Below the pieces are notes generated by a model, which was not told the origin of the DNA, made no database searches, and saw only the letters and a list, made by a program, of their open reading frames with translations. From an uncultured Chroococcidiopsis sp. (GTDB lineage: Bacteria; Cyanobacteriota; Cyanobacteriia; Cyanobacteriales; Chroococcidiopsidaceae): a stretch of DNA of 64,000 nucleotides. The translations under genes and the position numbers were made by a program. The DNA lies in contig CAXTYC010000018.1 of assembly GCA_964248365.1 (NCBI GenBank), positions 1-64,000 of the forward strand. The letters are read 5' to 3'. Shown in pieces: positions 42,547 to 54,124 of the stretch; position 1 is the first letter of the stretch; each line of letters opens with the position of its first letter.

Positions 42547-43527
42547 ATGAGTCGAGTTTACAAAGCTACAGGAATTAATCTCAAGAGTATGCCGCTGGGC
42601 GAATCAGATCGGCTGCTGACAATTTTGACACAGGAGTATGGTCTAATTCGGGCTGTAGCACCAGGAGCAAGGAAACACAACTCAAAGTTAGCAGGTAGAA
42701 GTGGGTTATTTGTAGTGAATGAGCTATTGATAGCTCAGGGGCGATCGCTTGATAAAATTACCCAAGCCGAAACTATAGAATCATACCCCGCACTCAGTCA
42801 AGACTTAGGCAAGCTAGCCGCTAGCCAGTACTTGGCAGAAATGGTTATGTGTCAAGCTTTGAGCGAACAACCCCAAACTGAATTATTTTGCTTACTGGTG
42901 GAGCATTTGGGGCGGTTGGAGCAGTTGCCCAAATCTTCGGGATTTTCAGTTTTAGCTCATTTATCTCATGCTGTCTTCCACTTCTTAGTCTTGGCAGGGA
43001 TAACTCCTCAAGTACAAGCTTGTTGCCTAACTGGACATCCCTTGTCGCCAGATTTTACCTCTCCAGACTGGCAAGTAGGGTTTAGTATTTCATCCGGTGG
43101 AGTTGTTAATTTAGCAGCATGGTCACACCTAAAAAACGGGGAAAAAAATAATTATAAAACTAAACCAATACACTCTGCTCGAACAATCCCACTCGTGCCA
43201 TCTCCATCAGCTAGAGTTGCTGAGGCTAAAAGCTCAGGCTATCAAACAGTTGTCCACAGGCAAGAAAAATTAGTGCTAGACACGCGACTGAATGCTACAC
43301 AACTTGCTCTACTCCAGCAGCTAGCTGGGGCAAATTTACCGCAAATAAATACACATTCGTCAAACCAGCCGTTGCTGGATACGGATACTGGTTGGCTATC
43401 TATAGAACAGATTCTGCGTCAGTACGTGCAGTATCACTTCGGTCGTCCAATTCGGTCGGCTGCTCTAATTGATAGTTATTTTGCTTCCTTGCCGACTCCT
43501 TATAAAAAAGATCATGCAACCGTTTGA
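42547..43527 (+). CDS. recO: DNA repair protein RecO
   Basis: [34 protein letters not shown] and the C-terminal YHFGRPIRS. Confidence 0.93.
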   Translation: MSRVYKATGINLKSMPLGESDRLLTILTQEYGLIRAVAPGARKHNSKLAGRSGLFVVNELLIAQGRSLDKITQAETIESYPALSQDLGKLAASQYLAEMVMCQALSEQPQTELFCLLVEHLGRLEQLPKSSGFSVLAHLSHAVFHFLVLAGITPQVQACCLTGHPLSPDFTSPDWQVGFSISSGGVVNLAAWSHLKNGEKNNYKTKPIHSARTIPLVPSPSARVAEAKSSGYQTVVHRQEKLVLDTRLNATQLALLQQLAGANLPQINTHSSNQPLLDTDTGWLSIEQILRQYVQYHFGRPIRSAALIDSYFASLPTPYKKDHATV

Positions 43528-45178
43528 CTTGGATACAAAAATTTCTCAATCTGGCTCTAAGATAAATTCACCTTTTGCAATGGGGATGGCTATAAATTCC
43601 CGCCCAAATGGTTTACAGTCTACGCGGGGAAATTTGTCTAGTAAAAAGCAATTTTTGCCAGACGAAAATCGAGCATCACAGGGCTATGTATGTGATACCA
43701 CTGGGGGAGAAAAAAGTGAAGTGGGTGGGAAAGAGGCAAATGAACAACTCCCTACCTTCGAGCAGTTGAATAAACTAGCTACTAATACCCAAAGTGAAGA
43801 TTCCAGCCAGGTTACAGAGTCAGGAGGATCAAACAACAATCACGAGGGTAACGGCAACATTGGAGGATTTGAGTCAGAGCAAGAACTGGGGTTTCTACCA
43901 GTTTTGCGAAACCGCAATTTTCTATCTTTGTGGAGTGGTCAAGTCTTTTCTCAACTGGCAGATAAAGTATATCTAGTGTTGATGATTGCGATTATTTCCA
44001 GTCGATTTCAAACGGGCGAGCAAAGCATCAGTGGCTGGGTTTCGGCGATTATGATGGCTTTTACCATTCCAGCCGTCCTATTTGGCTCAATAGCTGGGGT
44101 GTTTGTTGATCGCTGGTCAAAAAAAACCGTTCTAGTAGCAACAAATGTGCTACGTGGAATTTTGGTATTATCAATTCCCTTTCTCTTATGGCTGACTAGG
44201 GATTGGCAACCACTAGTGGCTAGTTTACCAGTGGGTTTTGGTATTCTCTTGGGACTAAGTTTTCTAATTTCTACTCTGACACAGTTTTTTGCTCCAGCTG
44301 AACAAGCAGCAATTCCCCTAGTGGTGGAACGTCAGCATCTACTATCAGCTAACTCGCTCTACACAACTACGATGATGGCTTTGGTAGTAGTGGGATTTGC
44401 CGTTGGTGAACCGCTGCTGGCTCTAGCTGATACCCTGACAACCCAATTAGGTATTGGTGTAGGGATAGGCAAAGAATTGGTGGTGGGTGGTAGTTATGCG
44501 ATCGGCGGAATCGTGCTATTACTACTCAAGACTGATGAAAAGCTCCCATCAACCGAACAAGAACAAGCTCATGTTTGGCAAGATCTCCGCGACGGGTTGC
44601 AATACCTACAACAGAATCATCGTGTCCGTAATGCATTGATCCAACTGGTAATTCTGTTTTCTATCTTTGCGGCTTTAGCCGTTCTTGCCGTGCGTCTGGC
44701 AGAAATAATTCCAGGCATGAAATCTTCCCAATTTGGCTTTTTGCTAGCAGCTGGTGGTGTTGGGATTGCCGCTGGTGCTACACTTTTGGGTCAGTATGGT
44801 CAACGCTTTTCCCACGCCCAGCTAAGTCTGTATGGCTCTAGCGGGGTGGCTGCATCCCTAATCGGTTTGTCTGTGTTTACCAAGCAATTGTGGGTAGAGT
44901 TGGCTTTGATCGCACTTTTGGGCGGCTTTGCGTCCCTGGTGGCTATTCCCATGCAAACCTCGATTCAAAAAGAAACTCCGCCCGAAATGCGTGGTAAAGT
45001 CTTTGGTCTGCAAAACAATGTAATTAATATTGCCCTGTCGTTACCCTTGGCGTTGGCAGGCGTAGCAGAAACTTTCATTGGGTTACAGGCAGTTTTTCTG
45101 AGTTTAGCCGCAATAGCGATCGCAGGAGGTCTCTTAACCTGGTATATTTGCCGTACAGACACACAATCTGTCAACTAG
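43514..45178 (+). CDS. MFS transporter with a long N-terminal extension
   Basis: [30 protein letters not shown] and TQFFAPAE, with about 12 hydrophobic segments. Confidence 0.9.
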   Translation: MQPFDLDTKISQSGSKINSPFAMGMAINSRPNGLQSTRGNLSSKKQFLPDENRASQGYVCDTTGGEKSEVGGKEANEQLPTFEQLNKLATNTQSEDSSQVTESGGSNNNHEGNGNIGGFESEQELGFLPVLRNRNFLSLWSGQVFSQLADKVYLVLMIAIISSRFQTGEQSISGWVSAIMMAFTIPAVLFGSIAGVFVDRWSKKTVLVATNVLRGILVLSIPFLLWLTRDWQPLVASLPVGFGILLGLSFLISTLTQFFAPAEQAAIPLVVERQHLLSANSLYTTTMMALVVVGFAVGEPLLALADTLTTQLGIGVGIGKELVVGGSYAIGGIVLLLLKTDEKLPSTEQEQAHVWQDLRDGLQYLQQNHRVRNALIQLVILFSIFAALAVLAVRLAEIIPGMKSSQFGFLLAAGGVGIAAGATLLGQYGQRFSHAQLSLYGSSGVAASLIGLSVFTKQLWVELALIALLGGFASLVAIPMQTSIQKETPPEMRGKVFGLQNNVINIALSLPLALAGVAETFIGLQAVFLSLAAIAIAGGLLTWYICRTDTQSVN

Positions 45179-45353
45179 TGCGAAAACTAAAGGCTGGAAG
45201 AGAGCAGGGAGAGCAGGGGGTGCAGGGGAGCTTCGGGAGCAGGGGAGATAAATATATATCCACTCAACCCCTCAGCCCTCACCCCTAGCCCCTCGCCTCT
45301 CGCCTCTCGCCTCTCGCCTTTTGCCTGAATCAGAAAATCGAGCCTCAACCTGA

Positions 45354-46523
45354 ATGCGTATTGCCTGGATTGGAAAAAAATCACCCTTTTGTGGCAACGT
45401 TACTTACAGTCGAGAAGTTACTAATGCCTTAATTGATCGGGGACACTCTGTTAACTTTCTTCACTTTGCTCAAGAAGAAGAATCTGACTTACATAACTGG
45501 CCCGACTGTCCAGAAGTGTCCCTCCCCTTCCTTTATAGATCTCAAGTCTATACAATCCCCGCCCTGGGAGCGGCTAAAGTTTTAACTCACTCGTTACGTC
45601 AGTTGCAGCCAGATTTAGTACACGCATCTTTAACGCTATCTCCTCTGGATTTCCTGCTACCTGAAATTTGCGATGAGCTAAACTTACCACTTGTCGCCAC
45701 CTTCCATACGCCTTATGCTGGCAAAGGAGCAAAGCTGGTATCAGGAACGCAATTGTTGGCATACCAACTTTATGCGCCGTTCCTGGTTAACTACGATCGC
45801 GTTATCGTCTTTTCGGAAGTACAGCGAGAATTGTTGGCAAGACTAAGTGTACCAGCTGCTAACGTGGCTGTAATTCCCAACGGCGTTGACGTTGGGAAGT
45901 ATTGTCCAGGGGAATCTAATATCAAGCAGGAATTCTTTGCAGAACGCTTGTTTGTTTACCAAGGTCGCATTGCCACCGAGAAAAATGTAGAAGCACTCCT
46001 GCGAGCCTGGAAGCAAGCGGAAATGCACCCAACTAGCAAGTTGCTGATTGTAGGTAATGGTCCAGTGGCATCGTCTTTGAAGCCGTTCTACGGTTCAGAA
46101 CATGGCATTCATTGGCTTGGTTTTGTTGCTGACGAAAACCGACGAGTGGAAATTTTACGTGGTGCTGATGTATTTATCCTACCTTCTCTAGTGGAGGGAT
46201 TATCAATTTCTCTGCTGGAAGCGATGGCTTGCGGTCTTGCCTGTCTAGCCACAAATGTAGGTGCAGACGGAGAAGTATTGGAGAATGGAGCAGGTGTAGT
46301 TCTTACTACTAAGCGAATTGCTTCACAATTATCTACTCTGCTGCCATTATTCCAAGATCATCCTGAGTTAACAATTTTGTTAGGGCAAAAAGCACGGCAG
46401 CGGGTATTAGAGCGCTACACACTCAATCGCAATATTACCCAGCTAGAACAACTCTATACCCAAGTTTTAGAGCAGCGTCCAAGTTCAGGAGTTATAAGTT
46501 CTAAATTTAAAACTAGCTATTAG
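45354..46523 (+). CDS. dgdA: GT4 glycosyltransferase, likely digalactosyldiacylglycerol synthase
   Basis: MRIAWIGKKSPFCGNVTY N-terminus, IPNGVD, GRIATEKNV and EGLSISLLEAMACG. The deoC-recO-MFS synteny is recalled, not verified. Confidence 0.65.
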   Translation: MRIAWIGKKSPFCGNVTYSREVTNALIDRGHSVNFLHFAQEEESDLHNWPDCPEVSLPFLYRSQVYTIPALGAAKVLTHSLRQLQPDLVHASLTLSPLDFLLPEICDELNLPLVATFHTPYAGKGAKLVSGTQLLAYQLYAPFLVNYDRVIVFSEVQRELLARLSVPAANVAVIPNGVDVGKYCPGESNIKQEFFAERLFVYQGRIATEKNVEALLRAWKQAEMHPTSKLLIVGNGPVASSLKPFYGSEHGIHWLGFVADENRRVEILRGADVFILPSLVEGLSISLLEAMACGLACLATNVGADGEVLENGAGVVLTTKRIASQLSTLLPLFQDHPELTILLGQKARQRVLERYTLNRNITQLEQLYTQVLEQRPSSGVISSKFKTSY

Positions 46524-46588
46524 CTGTTAGCTGGCGCGCGGTTAGCTGTTACCAGTTACCAGTTACCAGTTAACAGTTACCAACTACC

Positions 46589-46653
46589 GTACGGGCGGGT
46601 TTATTAAACATACTTGTGAACCTCTAGATAACTCGTTTAAAGTGCGCCCCTAC
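46589..46653. repeat. REP-like unit within STRR array
   Basis: GTACGGGCGGGTTTAT..TTAAAGTGCGCCCCTAC, the same family as 3415-3673. Confidence 0.75.
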
Positions 46654-47277
46654 CAACTACCAATTACAGCTAAAAGCTAAAAGCTAACAGCTAATTGATA
46701 ATTGAATTCATTTGTTCTGCACAGTAATAACACGCCACATAATAAAAACCGTGAAGCCTAAATAGGCTAATACAGTTAACCACTCCTGCCAAGTACCAGA
46801 TGTATTGTTCATCTCTAAAAGCCAAAAAATAAATTTATCTTTCCTCACCTCTAAATCCTACGCGCTTATGCTAAAAGTTGGTGACGTGTGCAAGTGTAGG
46901 CGATAACTACGACGAGCGCTTCCAAGAGCGCGCTTTGGGGATGCAAAAGCCCCTTATATGAAGGCGCATCTAGCAAATGAAAAGCAAAACATGGTTGCCA
47001 TCTGGGGTGTTTGAGAACAGATGTTGTGCGATCGCAAACGCGATCGCATCCGTTTTGATGTCGGCTTTTGGATACCGACGATGCCAACATCCCAAAAGAC
47101 TGCCTTTGCTAGTTGCTGCTAAGATGCAACCTTCTATTAACAAAAGGAGGCGATCGCCAGCCTGGGATACGAGGAAAAACACAATTCTTGTTATCAAACT
47201 AAATATTCAAATCCAAATTTTAGCTGACAGTTGCTTAGACTAGAAATTAATTAGCTCAGCAACAATAACAATCCTTT

Positions 47278-48861
47278 ATGAAACCCGCCTGGAATAAACT
47301 ACTCATCGCCTTGAACTTGGTGACAATCTCAGCTGGCACATCAATTGTTCTACCACCAAAAATCTCTTCTGTTAGCGCTACTACACCCCACGCATTAGTA
47401 GTGCCAGCCCAGGTAGTAAAAACTCATACCATAGCCTCTGCACCGCCTCAAACGTCAAAGCCAGCCCAGACACAAAAGCCTCAAACTACATCGTCGTCAA
47501 AATTAGCAACCATCATCCGGCGACGACAAAAATTGATCGAAGCCGATCAGCTCTATTTAGCAGGACACAAGGCTGAAGCTGAAAAACTTTATCGAGAAGT
47601 AAAAGCACCTTTTGCCACCCCAACTCCACCAAAACGTCCAGAACCCATTCTAGATCCTGCCTTCCTACCCCCAGCAGGGAAAGTCTACTGGCGCGAAACA
47701 CAGGCTGGGGCGGAAGGGAAAGTGCAAACTAGAATGATGGTTCCGCTGCGGCTGCTAGTTGAGAATTATCCCCAATTTATTCCAGGTCAATTGTGGCTGG
47801 CACAAACGTTGCAAAAATCAGATCGTGGCAAAGAAGCGATCGATGTTTTAGAACAAGCAACATCCCTCTATCCAAATCAGCCCCAGTTACTTAAAGCTAA
47901 AGTAGCCGCCCTCGCAGCAGACAAAAAATGGATGGAAGCATCACTTGCAGCTCGTCAATTTGCTATCCTCAATCCCAACCAACAAAACGCTGCCGAGTTT
48001 ACCCAATTAGCAGATGAAAATCTCCAGCGCTACAAAAAGCATTTGCGCCGAAAAGTGCGGCGAAACATGTTCGCTAACATCATTACAGGCATTTTAGGAT
48101 ACGCCGTTACTGGTAGTCTTTTTGGTCCCCTCTCTGCCGTCCAAACAACTACAATGGTACTCAAAGGCGAATCATCTGTAGGCAATTCAGTTGCCAAACA
48201 GGCGCGCCGACAACTACCACTAGTAGAAGACAAAGTAGTTGTGGACTATGTGAACGAAATCGGACAAAAACTTGCTAAAGTATCCGGTCGCAATGATTTT
48301 CAATACGAGTTTTATGTTGTCTTAGACGACGAACTTAATGCCTTTGCCTTGCCTGGAGGTAAAGTATTTGTCAATGCAGGAGCGATCGCCAAAACTAACT
48401 CAGAGGCAGAATTAGCTGGATTAATTGGTCATGAATTATCTCACGCTGTTCTCTCTCACGGTTTTCAATTAATTACCCAGGGCAATTTAATTGCTAATGT
48501 AACCCAATACGTTCCCTACGGCGGTACAGTTGCTAGTCTGTTTACCTTAGACTACAGCCGAGATATGGAACGTCAGGCAGATACTCTGGGTACAAGGCTA
48601 ATTGCTTCGGATGGTTACGCTGCTGATGGTTTACGCAATTTAATGGTGACACTCGAAAAGCAAGAAAAGAGTTCTCCACCCACTTGGTTATCCTCTCACC
48701 CAGGCACTGGCGCTCGCGTTCGTTACATAGAAAATCTAATTGAGCGTAATGGTTATAACCGCTACGCATACGAGGGAGTAGCACGTCACGCCATCATTAA
48801 AGCTAGGGTGGAAAAATTGTTAATAGAGGAACAGCTGCGCCAGAAAAAGCATCGTCGATAA
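47278..48861 (+). CDS. M48-family metalloprotease with TPR region, secreted
   Basis: Signal-like N-terminus, LNAFALPGG, HELSH, YSRDMERQAD and LSSHP. Confidence 0.9.
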   Translation: MKPAWNKLLIALNLVTISAGTSIVLPPKISSVSATTPHALVVPAQVVKTHTIASAPPQTSKPAQTQKPQTTSSSKLATIIRRRQKLIEADQLYLAGHKAEAEKLYREVKAPFATPTPPKRPEPILDPAFLPPAGKVYWRETQAGAEGKVQTRMMVPLRLLVENYPQFIPGQLWLAQTLQKSDRGKEAIDVLEQATSLYPNQPQLLKAKVAALAADKKWMEASLAARQFAILNPNQQNAAEFTQLADENLQRYKKHLRRKVRRNMFANIITGILGYAVTGSLFGPLSAVQTTTMVLKGESSVGNSVAKQARRQLPLVEDKVVVDYVNEIGQKLAKVSGRNDFQYEFYVVLDDELNAFALPGGKVFVNAGAIAKTNSEAELAGLIGHELSHAVLSHGFQLITQGNLIANVTQYVPYGGTVASLFTLDYSRDMERQADTLGTRLIASDGYAADGLRNLMVTLEKQEKSSPPTWLSSHPGTGARVRYIENLIERNGYNRYAYEGVARHAIIKARVEKLLIEEQLRQKKHRR

Positions 48862-48937
48862 TATGTATGCCTGCCTAATAATCTACTAATGCAGGTAACG
48901 CCGCTCAAAGCAGTTTTAATTTTGAGGATAGTTTAGC

Positions 48938-49720
48938 ATGGCACTGCAATCATATATGTTTCAGTTTTTGAAGAGTCTGAGTTTATTGGCTGGGGTGGCG
49001 CTGCTAGTGGCTAATGGTAGCGCGATCGCTGCACCTCGAACTTCTGGTGATACTTCAAACCGCTCTGTAGTAGTAGATACAGAAGGGGATGGGGGATATT
49101 CTACACGGCAAACTCCTACACAAAGATCTTCTAGTCCTGTAACAAGCGCTACTCGCTTTAGTTGTCAACCGCTCAACGGTCAGTATACAGTAGTATATCA
49201 GCCACAAAGCCAACCAGGTCAGTATTTTCCTTGGGCAAAGCCAGTTCAGCTAGGTGGGGGCTGGACTCCCCAAAGTCGCTGCAATGAAATTGCTCGACGG
49301 CTGGAATTGTACCGCCCAGACGGTTTACAGGAAATGACTACAGGTCAAGAAAATGGCTACAACACTGTGTGCGTCACGACCGAAAAAGTCCCCGCTTGCC
49401 GAATTGTATTTACTGTACCACCTGGGCAAGATCCAGTATCAACCCGCGATCGCGTGTTTGAAAATCTGACTGTTGCCGACAGCGGACAACAAACCGATGC
49501 CGTCAACACCTACACCAGTCGGGGAGACGACGGTATTGGCAATTTGCTGAATATGGGTCGAGAAATCTTCGGCGCGGGCAAATCTCGTCCCCACTCTAAA
49601 AATATCAACCTCCAACCTTTCCTAGACCAGAAAGATGGTGGTAGTGGTACTCAACTCCAAGGAGGAGTACAATTAAAACCCAGCAAATCGAGTCAGCTAA
49701 ATCCAGCTAACTTTCGCTGA
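48938..49720 (+). CDS. COP23 domain-containing protein
   Basis: Signal peptide, RFSCQ..GGGWTPQSRCNEIARRL..NGYNTVC. Confidence 0.8.
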   Translation: MALQSYMFQFLKSLSLLAGVALLVANGSAIAAPRTSGDTSNRSVVVDTEGDGGYSTRQTPTQRSSSPVTSATRFSCQPLNGQYTVVYQPQSQPGQYFPWAKPVQLGGGWTPQSRCNEIARRLELYRPDGLQEMTTGQENGYNTVCVTTEKVPACRIVFTVPPGQDPVSTRDRVFENLTVADSGQQTDAVNTYTSRGDDGIGNLLNMGREIFGAGKSRPHSKNINLQPFLDQKDGGSGTQLQGGVQLKPSKSSQLNPANFR

Positions 49721-50007
49721 TGTATCAGTGGTTGGTAATTGGTAATGGGTAATGGGAGAACAGCAAAAGGGAAAAGGGGGAATTGGTTTAAACTTTAACC
49801 ATTCACCTAAAATCACTTACCAACTACCAACTACCAATTACCCATTACCTACATAAACTCTAGAATATGTTGGAACTCTAAATTAGAACCCTGTTCACCT
49901 GCGCTATACAAAAGCCCTAAATTAGGACGCTCTGCATACTATTCCTTGTTACCAGGCGCTTAGCCTGGTAACGAGTAAAAAGAGGCTCTGCCTTGGTGTT
50001 CACTGTT

Positions 50008-50490
50008 CTAGACAGTGCGCGACACACCAGTATCAGCCACCTTAGCTGGTAATATAATTCCGTAGTATGCTACGGCGAGGGCGGTCAGACCATTGATCAA
50101 AACATTGTAACCGAAGATCGGCATCAAACCGAATGTCGTGTTAGCAAATGGCAGCAATCCCATGATTGCAATCAAGGTGTAAGACACTACGAAAAAACGA
50201 TTGAATATCCGCGAACTGCTGTAGCTGGTATATGCGGTAATCCCAAACAGACCAACCGCGCAGTGAACAATGTTATGCAAGAAATTCGTAGGAAATAGCC
50301 CAAATACATAGCCAAATCCCTGAGAATAAGCATCATGAGCTGCGGCAGGTGGGATAAAAGACATATCTGCTGCACCTGGTAATGTCACCAAAGCTGGTAT
50401 AAATCCAGCTATTCCTAAAATCAAAAACATAATTCCGATAGCCAGAGCGCAGTAACGCTCTGACATTTTAACTATGCCTGTATTGCTCAT
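50008..50490 (-). CDS. DUF4383 membrane protein
   Basis: GIAGFIP..FGLFPTNFLHNIVH..FGLMP, four hydrophobic segments. Confidence 0.8.
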   Translation of the reverse strand: MSNTGIVKMSERYCALAIGIMFLILGIAGFIPALVTLPGAADMSFIPPAAAHDAYSQGFGYVFGLFPTNFLHNIVHCAVGLFGITAYTSYSSSRIFNRFFVVSYTLIAIMGLLPFANTTFGLMPIFGYNVLINGLTALAVAYYGIILPAKVADTGVSRTV

Positions 50491-50891
50491 TTTACTACCC
50501 CTAATTTGTGCAATGATTGCACTGTTTGTACGCTTTTTGTAAAAATCTCGTTTCAACCCGTTGCTATCAGAAACAATAGGTAATACTATCTTCAGTAGTC
50601 AGCTAAAATCGAGACTTCATACTTATGATTAAACTTAAATTTTGCCGCTCTAACTCTATCAAAAGACTGGGGTTTAGCTTAAAAACTTTGAGTTATATTT
50701 TATACAATATAACGTTGCTGTAAAAAGAGAAAATGTGCTAATATAAAAATTGATAAAAAGTATTTTTTTCATTATTGAAGTGTTTATTAGTTAATTTATT
50801 ATTACTGATTAGAAGATTAACAATAGAAGTTGACACCTCCTCTTAGGGAAGTGCCAAGCTCAGCCGATTCGTAAATTACAATAAATTACAA

Positions 50892-51074
50892 TTAGCGGAA
50901 AATCCCTAAATAAAGAGTTGCAGCAAAAAGCACAATTATCAAAACTCCCAAAGTTACACTGATACCAAATTGCAAGGAGGCGCTTTTAGTAGCTTCCGGT
51001 CCAGCAGACTGCTGGGTTATATTAGTGTGCTTCTTGTTAGAATTTGTTACTTTGTCAGAAGTCATAGCTATCAA
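50892..51074 (-). CDS. Small single-pass membrane hypothetical protein
   Basis: About 60 aa with a C-terminal TM helix. Start uncertain (ATG at 51065 is plausible). Confidence 0.45.
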   Translation of the reverse strand: MIAMTSDKVTNSNKKHTNITQQSAGPEATKSASLQFGISVTLGVLIIVLFAATLYLGIFR

Positions 51075-51406
51075 GGTTTTTGAGTATTTATCACTTATAT
51101 TGGCTCCAGATGCGAAAAACTGAATCTAACTAGAGGATTATCTAGGCTATACGCGCGAGCGTGGGGCAAAAAGGACGCTAAAGCGATCGCCTTTTCATCT
51201 GTAGCAGGGTAGAATTTTAAGTCCTGACAGATTGGATTAGATGTGCATGGGTTCATGCCTTACAATCATGACATCTTTAAAACCATTTGATTTCTTCTGC
51301 CATTGGTTGTTTGGATTAGTAGGAAGTAAAAACAAGACGGAACGAAATAGCTAACCTATGTGAATATGCAATCAAACTTGATATAAATTCGAGATCCAAC
51401 TGAACA

Positions 51407-54124
51407 CTACTCTAGAGAAGCAAAGTCCTCATCTCTAAGAGAAATAGCATAATCTCTGGCGTGTTTAGCGTAAGGAAAAGGAAAAGGCAAGGAAGTTGTT
51501 CCGGCAAAATATGCCCAGCGGTTTCTGAGTCTTTCTAGGAATCTAATTAATATTATGTTGTTAAAACTCGAATGAATCACATCATATTCCAAAAGCGGCG
51601 GATTACCAGCAGGGTGTTTTCCGTTATCCAGACGAGATTGATTCACCCTTAAAAGGTCTTGTTCGGTGTTTAGCCTTTCTCTTAACCCCAGATAAATCTC
51701 TTGTTCGAGATTGTCGCAAACATTTTTCCAAGCATATATACCATAATGACGACTGCCTGGGTTTTTGCCTATAGGGTTCCAAGCAGGTGTTTCTAAAGTA
51801 TTGCCTTTGGTTAAACTACGAACAATATGCAAACGCTTTTGACGTTCTTGTAACTGAATATGCCTTCTGAGTTCGTTAGGAAACTCCCCACATTCTAAAT
51901 TGGAATTTTGCAACCACTTGAATGTAGAACGAGCATTTTGTCCATCCATCATAAACAGGACATGAGGCTTATTTTCATTGTTTATTGGGGTGGTTAAACA
52001 ATCGGTTAAACAGTTAGCTAGAAATTGGTTTAATAACCTTTGGTCACGTTGTTGTTCTTCAGTTTCTTCTGCATTTAAATCTTCTTCACCAGAATCTTCA
52101 TAAAACTGAGAATCCCAATTTTCTGTTAAAAGATGATTGTATATTTCCCAGGATGAAACCCACCTACTATTACCTCGGCTTTGCTGTCTCAGAGAAGGTG
52201 TTGTGAATTGTACTTCTCCCAAAAATGGATTGACTCTGACTACCACTACTACCAGAGATGGTAATCCTGACCAAGTCGTTATTGAAGTGCGACGTATAAC
52301 GAGGCAACAAGTTAACCACATTTGCTCAGGAATAGAATCTTCTTTTGTGATAAAATATTGTTCTGGTAAAACTCCAGCTTGTGAGAATAAGTCAGCAACA
52401 GAATTTCTAACACGAGATTCATCTGCTTGTTCTTCAGTTTTTTCTGTTAAAGGATGAATCCGCTGATTAACATACCCCATTTGCATTAAAGCAATTTTAG
52501 TTGCTTTATAGGGGTCAGCATTTTCTGAATAATAATCCGGTTCAAAAATTTCTAGGATGGCTCCACTCCGTCCCACAGGTTTTGGTAGAACTCTTTTGAA
52601 AAACTCAATTCTTTCTTTCGCTGCTTCTATTGCTCTTGCGTCTGGAATTTTATCTACATCTGCTAAACTTAAAGGTCTTATTAATTCCTCTCCACCTAGA
52701 GTCTGAATTTTTATCCGAAACAAATCTCCTAATTGGCTAGCATATTCAACTGTCCTCATAATTCCTAAATCAGTCATAGTTTCAGACACTTCTAACTCTC
52801 GATTTAATTGGAGAACAGTGCGTATTTCTTGAATTAAATAGTCTCTTGTCGTCGGATATATGTAAAGAATCAGAATTGTCTCTAATGGGAAGCGAGACAT
52901 AAATAGACTGCTAGTTGCTACAGAGGGACGGTGCATTACAACATTTGATTCTTCTCTATTTTGTCCAGAGCTAGGCTGATTTTTGTTAATTGGTATAGGT
53001 ACTATCTCGCCAGCACGTCTTAAAGGTAAATGTTGTGCAATATGAGCATTTAATGTTCCTATATCTTTGATGCTTACTCCTGGTTTGCAGAAATGTTTAC
53101 CTAAGCGGGAATGGTAGGCGATCGCTGTTATAATCCCTTCAGTATTACCATCCCAAATCCCTGGAAGTGACCTTGATGCAATTTCTACAGGATTGGGTAG
53201 ATAGTTTGTATTTTTAATTAGTTCCGACAATGCACGGTGAAGATGAGGAGTTTCTCTTCCACGATATAGTTTGATGGGGATAATACTTAAATCTTGTGTT
53301 TGGCTGTCGAGCCAGCGAAAGCGGTTAGAAACATAAACTGTAACACCACTACTATTTACTCTGTTAGGACTTTCATTCCCTTCAAGCCACAAAGGATATG
53401 TCAACCACCTTCTCACCCCAAGTCCGCAATAAATTAGAGGTGCTGTTCTTCCTTGCAAGGTACGCAACCTGATTTTGATAACAAAGGAAATATATTTAGG
53501 AAATCTACTATTGCTATCGCCTGTAGGTCTTGGAGGAAAAGATATTAGCTCGGCTCCCGATTCACAAGTAGCCACATGGTAAAAATTTAAGGGTGGTAAA
53601 TCGGTTGTAAACTGAATTTGTCGATTATCTTCAAACAGCCTAGCTAAATAATTTGGTATTGCTTGGTAGAGGATGTCATTAGGAGGTAAATTGCAATTGA
53701 AATCAAGAGGGACAGTTTGATAATTCCATTCAACGTATCTTAATCTGTCTAAAAAATCCTCTACACAGTCAGACCCAAGCGTTCGGGTAAACTCTTCTCT
53801 CAACCATTCTTTTACCAAAAGCCCTAAATTTTCCAAAGCTGCTGGCGTTGGCTGTTGTGTTGTGTAAAGCCAAGTTCCGCCATTCCTCCAACTATTGGGA
53901 ACAGTATGAAAAGTTGAGTTCCACGCAGCAACTACCAACGGGTTTAATGACCGCACTGGTGGAGACGAGTTTCTGTTTCGCATTCTGGCTAATTGCCATG
54001 CTATATCAACGTATGCTTGAGGAGGAGTAATTGAGTAAATTTCCTCCTGATTTATCGCTTCGGTAAGTTCCCAAGCTCCTAGCTCAATCGGCTTTGTTTG
54101 ATACAAGTTGCTTTTGTTTGTCAT
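51407..54124 (-). CDS. pPIWI-RE protein (N-terminal X domain, MID, RNase H-like PIWI)
   Basis: ISFVIKIRLRT..IYCGLGVRRW, KPGVS.KD, DPYKATKIAL..GYVNQ, RVRNSVADL, DGQNARS..WLQN, ETPAW, NPPLLE and LR..LPFPFPYAK. Third gene after an REase and a helicase. Confidence 0.85.
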   Translation of the reverse strand: MTNKSNLYQTKPIELGAWELTEAINQEEIYSITPPQAYVDIAWQLARMRNRNSSPPVRSLNPLVVAAWNSTFHTVPNSWRNGGTWLYTTQQPTPAALENLGLLVKEWLREEFTRTLGSDCVEDFLDRLRYVEWNYQTVPLDFNCNLPPNDILYQAIPNYLARLFEDNRQIQFTTDLPPLNFYHVATCESGAELISFPPRPTGDSNSRFPKYISFVIKIRLRTLQGRTAPLIYCGLGVRRWLTYPLWLEGNESPNRVNSSGVTVYVSNRFRWLDSQTQDLSIIPIKLYRGRETPHLHRALSELIKNTNYLPNPVEIASRSLPGIWDGNTEGIITAIAYHSRLGKHFCKPGVSIKDIGTLNAHIAQHLPLRRAGEIVPIPINKNQPSSGQNREESNVVMHRPSVATSSLFMSRFPLETILILYIYPTTRDYLIQEIRTVLQLNRELEVSETMTDLGIMRTVEYASQLGDLFRIKIQTLGGEELIRPLSLADVDKIPDARAIEAAKERIEFFKRVLPKPVGRSGAILEIFEPDYYSENADPYKATKIALMQMGYVNQRIHPLTEKTEEQADESRVRNSVADLFSQAGVLPEQYFITKEDSIPEQMWLTCCLVIRRTSITTWSGLPSLVVVVVRVNPFLGEVQFTTPSLRQQSRGNSRWVSSWEIYNHLLTENWDSQFYEDSGEEDLNAEETEEQQRDQRLLNQFLANCLTDCLTTPINNENKPHVLFMMDGQNARSTFKWLQNSNLECGEFPNELRRHIQLQERQKRLHIVRSLTKGNTLETPAWNPIGKNPGSRHYGIYAWKNVCDNLEQEIYLGLRERLNTEQDLLRVNQSRLDNGKHPAGNPPLLEYDVIHSSFNNIILIRFLERLRNRWAYFAGTTSLPFPFPYAKHARDYAISLRDEDFASLE

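Noticed and set aside
46866..47243. Three overlapping short ORFs between the GT4 and M48 genes
   Set aside because: They overlap on opposite strands and show no family signal. A degraded remnant cannot be excluded.
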